A stretch of 64,000 nucleotides of DNA from an uncultured Pseudomonadales bacterium (GTDB taxonomy: Bacteria > Patescibacteriota > Microgenomatia > UBA1400 > PJMF01), in the NCBI GenBank assembly GCA_964437755.1, contig CAYTIA010000005.1, forward strand, positions 802-64,801. Direction: 5' to 3'. Within the stretch, counting starts at the first letter, position 1, and each line of letters starts with the position of its first letter. A model generated the notes under the pieces. The model ran no database searches, had not been told where the DNA came from, and saw nothing but the letters and a program-made list of their open reading frames with translations. The position numbers and the translations under genes are program-made. Shown here piece by piece: positions 20,873 to 30,085 of the stretch.

Positions 20873-21637
20873 ATGAAAAACAATATTATTCAGTTTATTA
20901 AACAGGCTTTTACAAACTCTGGCTTGGATCAGGCAATTGTTGGAGTGTCAGGGGGGATTGATAGTGGAGTTGTGTTGAGTTTATTAACGAATGTTTTACC
21001 AATTGATAATATTCATCCAATTTTAATGCCTTACGAAAATCAGGATATGCAAGATGCTTATTTAGTTTGCAACGCACTTGGTTTTTCTAGTGAGATGATT
21101 TCTGTGATCAATATTGAACCAATTGTTCGAGCTGTTGGTGAAACATTAGGAGAAAATCTATCTTCTTTGCGAACTGGGAATATTATGGCTCGTTCCAGGA
21201 TGATGGTTTTATTTGATCAAGCTAAAAAACACGGGGCATTAGTAGTTGGCACTGAAAATAAAACTGAAAATGTGCTTGGATATTTTACTCGCTTTGGTGA
21301 CTCGGCAAGCGATCTTGAGCCGATTGCCAATTTGTACAAAACAGACGTGAGGCAACTGGCTAGAGATTTAAAACTTCCAGAAGAAATAGTAAATAAACCT
21401 CCTAGTGCTGGATTGTGGGCAGGTCAGACTGATGAAACTGAGTTTGGATTTAGTTATGATCAAGCCGATGAACTTTTAGGGCAACTAGAGAATCAAGCAA
21501 TAAATCGGGGGGTTAAAATAATCCAAATAGTTAAAGAAGAACTTTCTAAAGAAATAGATGATGCAGTGAGAAAAAAAATCTTAAAACGTGTAAATGACAA
21601 TTGGTTTAAACAAGAAGTTCCCTATAAAATTGAGTAA
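20873..21637 (+). CDS. nadE: NH3-dependent NAD+ synthetase
   Basis: PP-loop VGVSGGIDSGV; NAD synthetase length and layout. Confidence 0.85.
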   Translation: MKNNIIQFIKQAFTNSGLDQAIVGVSGGIDSGVVLSLLTNVLPIDNIHPILMPYENQDMQDAYLVCNALGFSSEMISVINIEPIVRAVGETLGENLSSLRTGNIMARSRMMVLFDQAKKHGALVVGTENKTENVLGYFTRFGDSASDLEPIANLYKTDVRQLARDLKLPEEIVNKPPSAGLWAGQTDETEFGFSYDQADELLGQLENQAINRGVKIIQIVKEELSKEIDDAVRKKILKRVNDNWFKQEVPYKIE

Positions 21638-21863
21638 ACGACTATTAATAATTAGTTAGTACCTTTATGCCAGAATATACAACAAAACCAGTTACTACAG
21701 CAGATGGCTATTACTCTGATGATGATTTAACACTTGATGATGAACTTGATTTGAGTTTTTTAGACGATGAAGAGGAGTAGCTTGTTTGTCTCTAACACTT
21801 TGTAGTAATTCAGATTATCCAAATCATTGCTGATAAGTTTTATCTGTTATAAATTTTTGAATT

Positions 21864-23069
21864 ATGAGAATTGCTCTGGTTGTTCCTCACATCTTTTTTA
21901 ATCAAGAAATATTACCAAATGTAATTTTTTCTCCGGGAGAGTTAGCTACTTCCTTGGCTAGAGGTTTGTCTGAGAGAGGGCATCAAGTTACTGTCTTTAG
22001 TCCTGGATCAGTTGTAAATCTATTATCAAAAGGTTCCTCAATAAAAAATATTAACACAGATCTTTCCTTATTTGAGAAAGAGCTTATTATGCGTGGTGAT
22101 TCTTATCTAGAGTTATTAAAAAAACATCCACTAACCTTTATAACTCTAGCAAGACAGGTACAAACAGAACTGATAGTGCAAGCCTACGCAATGGCAAACC
22201 AAGATGAATTTGATCTTGTTCATATTTGGTGTAACGAAGAAGAACAAGCTTTAGTGCTAGCACAGTTTTGTCAAAAACCGGTGATATTTAACCACCATGA
22301 GCCGTTTAATTTTTTAGCTCGTTACAGAGCAATTTTTCCTAAATATCCACATTTAAACTGGATCTCTTTCTCACAGGTTCAACGAAAAACATTTATTTCA
22401 ACAAATAAAATTAACTGGATAGGTAATGTCTATCATGGTTTAGAGCCTGATTTATATCAATTAAGCAATGAGAAACGAGAGTATCTTTTATATCTTGGAA
22501 GAATAATCCAGCCAAAAGGGGTTCATTATGCAATCTCGGTAGCTAAAAAGATGGGGCTAAAACTGAAAATTGCTGGAAAACACTATACCGGATATAGCAA
22601 GGATAAATATTGGCAAGAGTATATTCAGCCAGAAATAGATGGTAAGCAGATTGAGTATGTGGGTTTTGTTAAAGATCAACAAAAAAAGCAACAATTAATG
22701 AATAAAGCCATAGTACTTCTAATGCCATCAACTTGGCAGGAACCATTCGGATTGGTGATGATTGAGGCATTAGCCTGTGGGACACCGGTAATTGGATTTG
22801 ATCAGGGAGCGATACCTGAGGTTATTAATCATGGAGTGAGTGGCTTTGTTGTTCAGTATCAGGTTGAGCTAGGTGAAAAAAATATTCAGAGTTGGACTCA
22901 GCTCAAGAACGAGAAATGCTTTTTACAAAATGTTAGTCGTTTTGTTGATGCTGTTGGCAAGATTCCCTCAATTAAGCCAAAAGAATGCAGAAATGAATTT
23001 GAAAAAAAATTTACTGTTCAGATCATGGCAAAAAACTATGAAAAAATTTACAAAGATCAGGTTAAATGA
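21864..23069 (+). CDS. Glycosyltransferase family 4 (GT-B fold)
   Basis: C-terminal EPFGLVMIEALACGTPVIGFDQGAIPEVI (the E-x7-E GT4 signature region). Confidence 0.8.
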   Translation: MRIALVVPHIFFNQEILPNVIFSPGELATSLARGLSERGHQVTVFSPGSVVNLLSKGSSIKNINTDLSLFEKELIMRGDSYLELLKKHPLTFITLARQVQTELIVQAYAMANQDEFDLVHIWCNEEEQALVLAQFCQKPVIFNHHEPFNFLARYRAIFPKYPHLNWISFSQVQRKTFISTNKINWIGNVYHGLEPDLYQLSNEKREYLLYLGRIIQPKGVHYAISVAKKMGLKLKIAGKHYTGYSKDKYWQEYIQPEIDGKQIEYVGFVKDQQKKQQLMNKAIVLLMPSTWQEPFGLVMIEALACGTPVIGFDQGAIPEVINHGVSGFVVQYQVELGEKNIQSWTQLKNEKCFLQNVSRFVDAVGKIPSIKPKECRNEFEKKFTVQIMAKNYEKIYKDQVK

Positions 23070-23859
23070 TTACTAAATCTGCTTTAATATGTGGATGTGA
23101 GTTGTAGTTTTCAAGCTTAAAATCTTCAATGGTGAATTTATCGATGTCTTTTATTTCAGGATTAATTGCTATTTTTGGTAGGTGATAAGGCTTGCGTCTT
23201 AGTTGCTCTTTTGCAGGTTCAAGATGATTGGTATAGATATGAAGGTCACCAATGGTGTGAACAAACTCGCGAGCCTCTAGTCCTGTAACTTGAGCCACCA
23301 TCATCAATAATAGAGAATATTGAGTGATGTTAAATGGTAATCCTAAGAATGCATCAGCGCTTCGCTGATAAAGTTGCATTCTTAACTTTCCTTTGGTCAC
23401 GTTAAATTGATAAAAAGTGTGGCAAGGAGGAAGACGCATCTCTTCAAGCTGGGCGGGATTCCAGGCGGAAACAAGCATGGCTTTTGAATCTGGCTGAGTT
23501 TTTATCTCTTCAATTACATTTTTCAGCTGATCAATATGCCCACCTTTGTAGTCTGGCCATCTTCTCCATTGATAACCATAAACTGGCCCCAGGTCTCCAT
23601 TCTCATCAGCAAACCCATCCCAATAATGAATCTTTTTTTCTTGAAGTGATTTAATGTTTGTATCTCCGGAAATAAACCAAAGTAACTCGTTAGTCATGAG
23701 CTTAAATGGCATTTTTTTGGTAGTTAAAATTGGAAAACCCTTGCGTAGATCAAAGCGCATTTGATAGCCGAAAGTACTTTTGATAGGGTGAATTCCTCTG
23801 GTACCCTTAGATTTACCATTTTTTACAACGTGGGCTAGAGCTTTTAAGTATTGGATCAT
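23062..23859 (-). CDS. thyA: Thymidylate synthase (ThyA type)
   Basis: FGYQMRFDL, ELLWFISGDTN, LPPCHTFYQF (catalytic Cys), DLGPVYGYQWR. Confidence 0.9.
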   Translation of the reverse strand: MIQYLKALAHVVKNGKSKGTRGIHPIKSTFGYQMRFDLRKGFPILTTKKMPFKLMTNELLWFISGDTNIKSLQEKKIHYWDGFADENGDLGPVYGYQWRRWPDYKGGHIDQLKNVIEEIKTQPDSKAMLVSAWNPAQLEEMRLPPCHTFYQFNVTKGKLRMQLYQRSADAFLGLPFNITQYSLLLMMVAQVTGLEAREFVHTIGDLHIYTNHLEPAKEQLRRKPYHLPKIAINPEIKDIDKFTIEDFKLENYNSHPHIKADLVII

Positions 23860-23887
23860 GTGTTTAATCTATCATCTTCTTTAATAC

Positions 23888-23916
23888 TTGACAATCAGTT
23901 ATTTTGGGTATATATT
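23888..23916 (+). promoter_or_regulatory. Consensus sigma70-like promoter (-35 TTGACA, 17 bp, -10 TATATT) for the DUF5320-like gene
   Basis: ttgaca-N17-tatatt; strong SD AAGGAGG 6 nt before the ATG at 23981. Confidence 0.5.
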
Positions 23917-23980
23917 CATAACCATCAGAGATATATCTGTGAAATACTCTGAAAATATTATTTAATAACAAGGAGGTTTT

Positions 23981-24238
23981 ATGCCAAATTTTGATCAAAC
24001 AGGACCTACAGGAGCTGGTCCAAGAACTGGTAGAGGAAGAGGGGGTTGCATTTCTGGCTATGGAGTAGGATATGGATATGGATATGGATGTGGGTGTGGC
24101 TGTGGAAGAGGAATGGGAATGGGTCGATTTGTTTCGCCAAAGAATCAACTAATGGCTCTTAAGGAACAGGAAGAGATGCTAACTGAAGAGTTAGAAGTTT
24201 TGAGAGAAGAAATCTCTTCTCTTGAAAAATCAGCTTAG
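23981..24238 (+). CDS. Small Gly/Cys-rich protein with C-terminal coiled-coil (DUF5320-like)
   Basis: MPNFDQTGPTGAGPRTGRGRGGC...GYGYGYGCGCGCGRGMGMGR low-complexity core plus acidic helix LKEQEEMLTEELEVLREEISSLEK. Confidence 0.55.
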   Translation: MPNFDQTGPTGAGPRTGRGRGGCISGYGVGYGYGYGCGCGCGRGMGMGRFVSPKNQLMALKEQEEMLTEELEVLREEISSLEKSA

Positions 24239-24266
24239 AAGATAGGTTTTAATAAGACGAATTTTG

Positions 24267-24300
24267 CCAGCAACACAAAAAGTGTTGCTGGTTTTCTGTT
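24267..24300 (+). terminator. Rho-independent terminator after the DUF5320-like gene
   Basis: Perfect 10-bp stem ccagcaacac/gtgttgctgg with 5-nt loop, followed by TTTTCTGTT. Confidence 0.55.
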
Positions 24301-24325
24301 AGACTAGACCGTATAAAATATACAT

Positions 24326-24610
24326 ATGCCTCGTCCAAGATCACAAAAATCAATACGTTTTAAGCCAAGCGCTACCTTTTTTAAACCGCGTGGAGTGCCA
24401 ATGCGTGATCTTGAGGTGGTGAAGTTATCTCCTGAAGAAGTTGAGGTATTACGTTTAAAAAATATGGAAGATCTTTGCCAGCATGGGTGTGCTTGCCAAA
24501 TGAACACTTCTCAAAGCACTGTGCAGAGGTTGCTCTCTTCAGCGTACTCAAAAATTACTCAAGCCATTATTGAGGGAAAAGCATTAGAGATTGAGGAGAA
24601 GACTATATAA
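24326..24610 (+). CDS. UPF0251/DUF134-like predicted DNA-binding protein
   Basis: N-terminal MPRPRSQKSIRFKP...FFKPRGVPMRDLEVVKLSPEEVEVLRL, then an HTH-like STVQRLLSSAYSKI. Confidence 0.55.
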   Translation: MPRPRSQKSIRFKPSATFFKPRGVPMRDLEVVKLSPEEVEVLRLKNMEDLCQHGCACQMNTSQSTVQRLLSSAYSKITQAIIEGKALEIEEKTI

Positions 24611-24697
24611 ATAATATTTATTAGATATTTATATATCTCAATGTATCTATTGCAGGATAAGGCTGATATCTCAATATAATTTTTTTGCGTGAAAGAT

Positions 24698-24726
24698 TTG
24701 CTTCAAAGTAATAAAAAAGATATAAT
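24698..24726 (+). promoter_or_regulatory. Sigma70-like promoter (-35 TTGCTT, 17 bp, -10 TATAAT) for the giant PP2C gene
   Basis: ttgctt-N17-tataat, 27 nt upstream of the ATG at 24754. Confidence 0.45.
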
Positions 24727-24753
24727 TTTCAGAGTCTTAATTAATTTTTTTAT

Positions 24754-27700
24754 TTGAAAAAAAATATGTCCACAGAAAATTCTCCATCACCAGCATCACA
24801 AAGAGAAAAACTTGCTCATGAAACGCTGGGGCCAGACTTTAAGCCAGCTCCAATATCGGTAACTACTTGGACTGGTGGTCGTGAAGAAAACCAAGATGCA
24901 TTTTTTTCATTTGCAGTTATGCCAGAGTCTTACTATGATCGAGATCTAAATGAAAAAGAAAACTTGAAGGCTTTATCAGCTGCTGGGTATGAGTTGGTGA
25001 TGGTTGCTGACGGTATGGGAGGACATCAGGGTGGTGCAGAGGCTTCAAAAGTATTGACTCAGACAGTAATGAGGGTGTTTGCCGGTGAATTCGCTAGATA
25101 TTATGCTCAAACAACAAATAAGTCTTTAGCGACTGCCTCTCCAGAAGAAATCCAACAGTTTGTTAGAGATAAAATGCCGGTTTATAATTTGAAATCTTTG
25201 CTTAGGTATGCTATTGTTGAGGGCAACAAAAGCATTCAGGGTGTTGCTGGTTATGCAGAAGCTAGCAAAAAACCAGGATCGACTATTGTGGCTTCTTTTT
25301 TTGATCGCAACACAAACAAACATGTAATTGCTAACGTAGGGGATTCAAGAGCTCAGAAGATCACTCAAGGGGGTAAGCTAGAGCAGGTTACTGAAGATCA
25401 TTCAGTGGTTCAAAGATTATTAAAGGCGAAAGTAATTACAGAGGAAGAGGCACAAAGGCATCCAGCACGAAATGAAATATACCGCTCTTTAAATGGTCAA
25501 AAAATTGAAAAACCAGTTGAATATATTGACACTTTCGAAGTTCAGCTTAAACCAGGAGAAGTATTGATCTTGAACTCCGATGGATTAGAGGTCTTATCAA
25601 GAGATGAGATTGAAAAAGTAGTTAAAGAAGCCAAGAAGGATGGTACAACCATAGATCGGGCTTTAGTTGCTGCGGTTGACAGAAAACAACTTTTAGCGCT
25701 TGCCGAAAAAATTGAGTTTTCAGGTTTGCTTACAAGTGAAGAAATCAAAAAAATCTTTGAAGAGAATGCTCATCAAATGAAAAATAGTGAATTAGCGAAG
25801 CTTCTTTTTGAGAAAGTTGAGGAGGCTAGAAGAGAGGCAATTTATCAAGAATTAAGGGCTATTAATGTCCCTGGTTGGGTAAATAAACCTACTTTAGCCG
25901 AAAAGCTAAGAAAGGGAGAGGTTATTGCTGATGCAGTCATAGGTGAAGCACAGCAGTTAGCTAATGAAGGAACCATTGAGAAAAGCGATGTTAACCATTT
26001 ACTAAATGGTAAGAAATTTAGAAAAATCGAAGGCTACAATCATGACAATATTACTGTTATAATTATTGGCGAGGTAAAAAATACTTTTGGAACTGAATTA
26101 ATAAACAGGGCAAAATCTCTTTGGGATTCAGTTATCAATCTCTTCATAGGCAAAGATAAAAAAACTTCACCAGCAACTCCTACTGCTCAATCACCTGAGC
26201 AAGCTGATGCTAAACCAGAAAAAACTGGTTCATTGGCAAAGGTTTGGAAATGGTTAATAAGCTGGAAAGAGAGACGTGCCGCAAAACGATCAGCTGCAGA
26301 AATCAGAACTGCTTCTCAATCTCCAGAAGTGAGTACAGGTTTAACTGTTGAACAATCAATTCAAGCTTTATTGGCAATACTTAAAACACAAGATCGAAAT
26401 TTATTATTAAAGCTAGGGTTAATTAAAAATACACAAGAAGAGGATGATGATTCTGAGGCAGGGGGCTTGGCTGATTTTGTGAATGAGTTAAGTAGGGATC
26501 AAGCTGAGACCATTCAAAACAGAGAAAAAATTACTGATTTAGAAGCAAGAATTGAAGAGAATAGGCAAGCAGAGCGAGATATAGCAACTGAAGTTCATAA
26601 CTACTTAATATCTCTTTATGGTCATAATTATTTAAATCATCTTAGTCAAGATAATCGTGTTTATATAAACAGGTGTAATCAAGATATTCTTGGTATTAGA
26701 GCTATTCGCGCTGATCTCGAAAGAGAACTTGAACAAGCTAGGCAAGAGATGGGTGAAACAGATTCTTCCGTAAAAGAACTTACTATTGATGGTTTAGCAT
26801 TTAATCCAAAACGCAGAAGACAAGTAAAATTAGCTCTAGAAAGAGTGATTTCTAGCAATGAAGATGAAACTAAAGTAGCCAATATTAGAGACGCTTTGCA
26901 AAAGCATTTGCATGCTCTTGAGGCTAGTGCCTGGAAACCATTTGAAAAACTACAGCAGAAACCACTTTTCATGAAGATAAAAGGTATTTTCGAGAAGTTA
27001 AGTGGCTATACAAAAACTCAATGGGAAAATAGACCAAGGACGGTTGCAGAATGGAAAGACAGAGCGAGAGATAAGTCTATCGAGCGTTGGGAAAAACGAA
27101 AAGATAGCTATAACAAAAAGGAGCAAGTTTGGAGAACTAGTCTTAATTTGGAGTCAGTTACCCCAGAAGAATTAACAGCCTGGGAATTAGCACTAAGAAA
27201 AGGTCAGACTCTTGAAGCTAGGCAAGTGGTAGCTTTAGTTCTTGAACAGAGAGTTGGCTCAATTCCAGAGTTGAATAAACATAAAAAAGTTCTTAGAGAA
27301 GCGGGAATTGATTTGCAGCATGATTTAATGGATTGGCTCAGATTCCAGTGGGAGAAAAAGTTAACTGATGAGAGAATTGAGGCTGATGAAAATGTCAGAA
27401 AACTAAAAGAAGCAAAAGCTAACTCCCCTGAAGCAAGAAAAGAACTAAGAAAAGCAATTGTAGCACAGACAGAAGCTTATCTTAAATGGCTTAATTTGAA
27501 GGTTTATGATCATGTTAAAAAATCTGCTATTTTGGAAGCACAACTTGATCGATTTGGCAGACCAAATGCTACGGGCATAGCGAAAGAAGACATTGAAGGA
27601 ACTGGATGGCGGGGTTTGGTTAATAACCTTAAGAGATATATGTCTATGCCAAAGATGACAGCAGGACAAAGAGACGTGGCTTACTACGTCACCTATTTTC

Positions 27701-28833
27701 CATCTATGATTGGATTGCTAACTGCTCCAGGTTTAACTGCAGGAGCAAAAAACGTCATCATGGGAGTAACCTCTGGAGTGAGTGTTGGCGGTGAAGTAAT
27801 TAAACAAAGAATTGAGGCTCAATATGGAGGAGACAGTGAGGCATACTGGGAGAGTTTGCGTGCCAAAGAGGGTTTAAGTAGCAAAGTAATTTTTGCTCTT
27901 CAGAGGATAGCTGTTTCCAAAGCTGTCCAAAGTGTTAGAGATGGTATATCTGGAGGTGCAATGGCAGCTCAGGTCAGCAGTCTTCTTGGATTTGACACTT
28001 TTGCCTATCAGCTAAGAGAAAGTATTGATCGTGCTGCGCAGGGATTGAGTGGAGAACTTCCTGCTGATTTACAGGAGATTGTTGATCAACATCCAGAAAT
28101 TGTTTCTGAAATGGAAGATCTTCAGGCAGAACTCGATAGAGTCACTGAAGAAGCAGCACAACAAGCTGATTCACTTCGAGATGAATTAAGCGACGCTCAA
28201 CAAGCTGCAAAAGATTTGGAAGTGGAACTTGGTGACGCTCAACAAGCTGCAAAAGATTTGGAAGCTGAGCTTGAAAGGAAGGCTCAAGAGTTGCTCAAAG
28301 AGCAAGAAAAAGTAGCAGAGGCTGCCAAAGAAGCTGCTGAGCGTTCAGCTGCTGCTCAAGTAACTGAAGAAGCTGCTGTCGAAGCGGCCAAAGAAGTTAC
28401 TTCTAAGGCAGTTTCTCATTTGCCAGAAGCTCTTGCTGACTATGGTGATCAAGTAGTGCAGATGAAAGGAGGTGATTTTCTAGGAGATGTCTCTGCTTTA
28501 TGGACGGCTAACAGAAACCTTTCGGCTGAACTAGATCCAGCAAATAATGCTAACTCAATGGCGGGGTTTTTAACAAGAGCCTTTAGAGCACTAAACCCAG
28601 GAGTTGATCCAGCCAAACTTGATCCTGAAAAAACTTATAACTTCTTAACTGAAGAAGCAGTTAAAGCCTTGTTGCCAGAAATTAGAGCTGCTGAAAAGGC
28701 TGTTCTTGAAAGAGGTATCCAGAGTCTTGATTTACCTCAGCAATTAATGGCTGCGGGAATCGATGGATTTACTCATCCTACCTTTAATGATGAGCAATTA
28801 GCTTTAGTGTTAGAAACTGTTCTAAATAAATAA
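24754..28833 (+). CDS. Giant (1359 aa) protein: N-terminal PP2C/PPM Ser/Thr phosphatase domain fused to about 900 aa of coiled-coil/low-complexity sequence
   Basis: PPM motifs GGREENQDAF, VADGMGGHQGGAEAS, VIANVGDSRA, ILNSDGL. The remainder is helical and charged, with one hydrophobic stretch (YYVTYFPSMIGLLTAPGLTAGAKNVIMGVTSGVSVGG). Confidence 0.75.
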   Translation: MKKNMSTENSPSPASQREKLAHETLGPDFKPAPISVTTWTGGREENQDAFFSFAVMPESYYDRDLNEKENLKALSAAGYELVMVADGMGGHQGGAEASKVLTQTVMRVFAGEFARYYAQTTNKSLATASPEEIQQFVRDKMPVYNLKSLLRYAIVEGNKSIQGVAGYAEASKKPGSTIVASFFDRNTNKHVIANVGDSRAQKITQGGKLEQVTEDHSVVQRLLKAKVITEEEAQRHPARNEIYRSLNGQKIEKPVEYIDTFEVQLKPGEVLILNSDGLEVLSRDEIEKVVKEAKKDGTTIDRALVAAVDRKQLLALAEKIEFSGLLTSEEIKKIFEENAHQMKNSELAKLLFEKVEEARREAIYQELRAINVPGWVNKPTLAEKLRKGEVIADAVIGEAQQLANEGTIEKSDVNHLLNGKKFRKIEGYNHDNITVIIIGEVKNTFGTELINRAKSLWDSVINLFIGKDKKTSPATPTAQSPEQADAKPEKTGSLAKVWKWLISWKERRAAKRSAAEIRTASQSPEVSTGLTVEQSIQALLAILKTQDRNLLLKLGLIKNTQEEDDDSEAGGLADFVNELSRDQAETIQNREKITDLEARIEENRQAERDIATEVHNYLISLYGHNYLNHLSQDNRVYINRCNQDILGIRAIRADLERELEQARQEMGETDSSVKELTIDGLAFNPKRRRQVKLALERVISSNEDETKVANIRDALQKHLHALEASAWKPFEKLQQKPLFMKIKGIFEKLSGYTKTQWENRPRTVAEWKDRARDKSIERWEKRKDSYNKKEQVWRTSLNLESVTPEELTAWELALRKGQTLEARQVVALVLEQRVGSIPELNKHKKVLREAGIDLQHDLMDWLRFQWEKKLTDERIEADENVRKLKEAKANSPEARKELRKAIVAQTEAYLKWLNLKVYDHVKKSAILEAQLDRFGRPNATGIAKEDIEGTGWRGLVNNLKRYMSMPKMTAGQRDVAYYVTYFPSMIGLLTAPGLTAGAKNVIMGVTSGVSVGGEVIKQRIEAQYGGDSEAYWESLRAKEGLSSKVIFALQRIAVSKAVQSVRDGISGGAMAAQVSSLLGFDTFAYQLRESIDRAAQGLSGELPADLQEIVDQHPEIVSEMEDLQAELDRVTEEAAQQADSLRDELSDAQQAAKDLEVELGDAQQAAKDLEAELERKAQELLKEQEKVAEAAKEAAERSAAAQVTEEAAVEAAKEVTSKAVSHLPEALADYGDQVVQMKGGDFLGDVSALWTANRNLSAELDPANNANSMAGFLTRAFRALNPGVDPAKLDPEKTYNFLTEEAVKALLPEIRAAEKAVLERGIQSLDLPQQLMAAGIDGFTHPTFNDEQLALVLETVLNK
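28192..28275 (+). repeat. Two tandem 42-bp repeats inside the giant CDS (DAQQAAKDLE[V/A]EL[G/E])
   Basis: gacgctcaacaagctgcaaaagatttggaag occurs at 28192 and 28234. Confidence 0.8.
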
Positions 28834-28859
28834 ATACCAATAATTAAATAAAACTGCCT

Positions 28860-29159
28860 ATGTCAAAAATCTCAGATCTAATAAAAATGATGCGGGATGA
28901 TGGAGTTGAGGAGGAAGAAATAACACTTGCTTTGGAAGAAATGACAAAATCAACTGCAATGGAACTATTTACTCATTTATTATCCTTGATCAGCAAAGAT
29001 GAGGCAGAGCTGTTGGATGCAGTTGCAGATGATCAAGAAAGAGTTGATCAGTTAGTTGACGAGATGTATCAAAAGTATGAGGGGAAAACTACAGCACAAG
29101 CTGTTGATGAGATGAACGCTCGTTTTATTGAGGCTTTTTTAGATGGTTACGGCGCTTAA
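28860..29159 (+). CDS. Small acidic hypothetical protein (99 aa) immediately after the giant gene
   Basis: ORF 26 bp after the giant CDS stop; acidic and helical. Confidence 0.35.
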   Translation: MSKISDLIKMMRDDGVEEEEITLALEEMTKSTAMELFTHLLSLISKDEAELLDAVADDQERVDQLVDEMYQKYEGKTTAQAVDEMNARFIEAFLDGYGA

Positions 29160-30085
29160 GCCTTATATTGTCTAATGCTTTTACCAGCTTTTTCAAGGAT
29201 AGTTATTGCGTAGTTGTTTGAGTGTGAATCTTTATAAACTATTTCTTTTATTTCTGTTCGGGCTAACATTCTGCTACAAATGGGGCAAGGCATTAGGTTT
29301 ATATAGAGTGAACAACCTTCGAGTTTTATCTCTCTTTTAGCGGCTTCAAGAATAATTTCTACCTCAGCGTGATTGGTATCATAATAATTTAGATCTTGTG
29401 AGGGAGTTCGATACCTTTCTTTGCTGGCTCCGTGCAGAAGGGCATAGGTTTCAAAGGGCACAATTTTATTGTAAGTAGCTAATAAAAATTGATCGTTTTT
29501 GGTTAAGACAGCACCTGTCTGCCAAGTATTGTCAAAAGAGTAGCTTGCAACTTCATCGACTAATTGAAAAATCTTTTTTTTTGAGCAGTTTTCGCCAAAA
29601 TTTATAGAAAGAGCTGGTCTTGTTTTAAGAATTTTCGCTTCATACTGCAGAGCTTCGGCTTCATCTGCAAAGGCACTCACAAATTTTAATGGAATTTTAA
29701 GTTTCTTGATTGTTTGATATTCCTCTCGATAATGAAAAGCTCGATGCCAAGAGCCATTAATACCAATAACTGCTGACCAGTTATGATTGGCGATGATTGT
29801 CGATATATGAGTTTGAGGATATTCCAAAATATTAATCCTAGAGTTATCAAGTTGTTCTAGGCTTTCTTTAAGTTTTTTTATCGTAAGAGTTCTAAACTGT
29901 GGAGAGTTTTCCAATCCTTTAATAAATTCTTCTGTAAATACTCCCCAAACAATTTTTCTATCAGTATTTTTTAATAATTGACTGGAAAGTTGAATAATTC
30001 TTTCTGAAGAGATTTCTCGAGAACCCAATATTAGGATGGGAGAACTTTCAATCTCACTTAGACCTTGCCATGAAATAATTTTCAT
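29156..30085 (-). CDS. Two-domain protein: unknown N-terminal domain (about 170 aa) plus C-terminal dCMP/CMP deaminase zinc-binding domain
   Basis: HAEVEII ... PCPICSRML (H-A-E / PCxxC cytidine-dCMP deaminase signature). Confidence 0.65.
   Translation of the reverse strand: MKIISWQGLSEIESSPILILGSREISSERIIQLSSQLLKNTDRKIVWGVFTEEFIKGLENSPQFRTLTIKKLKESLEQLDNSRINILEYPQTHISTIIANHNWSAVIGINGSWHRAFHYREEYQTIKKLKIPLKFVSAFADEAEALQYEAKILKTRPALSINFGENCSKKKIFQLVDEVASYSFDNTWQTGAVLTKNDQFLLATYNKIVPFETYALLHGASKERYRTPSQDLNYYDTNHAEVEIILEAAKREIKLEGCSLYINLMPCPICSRMLARTEIKEIVYKDSHSNNYAITILEKAGKSIRQYKA

Noticed and set aside
21667-21780. 37-aa acidic mini-ORF (MPEYTTKPVTTADGYYSDDDLTLDDELDLSFLDDEEE) in the nadE-GT4 intergenic region
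   Set aside because: It is too short, with no SD and no conservation evidence available. Noted only because the 225-bp spacer is otherwise empty.
23864-24148. 94-aa minus-strand ORF (MILWRNKSTHSHSSSTATPTS...)
   Set aside because: It lies antisense to the well-supported DUF5320-like gene and to its promoter and SD. It arises from the low-complexity GC-rich repeat and is almost certainly not coding.
24634-24680. 11-bp direct repeat gatatctcaat x2 upstream of the giant PP2C gene
   Set aside because: It occurs only twice in an AT-rich spacer. It could be regulatory but is indistinguishable from chance without comparative data. It is mentioned within the promoter context but not called as a feature.
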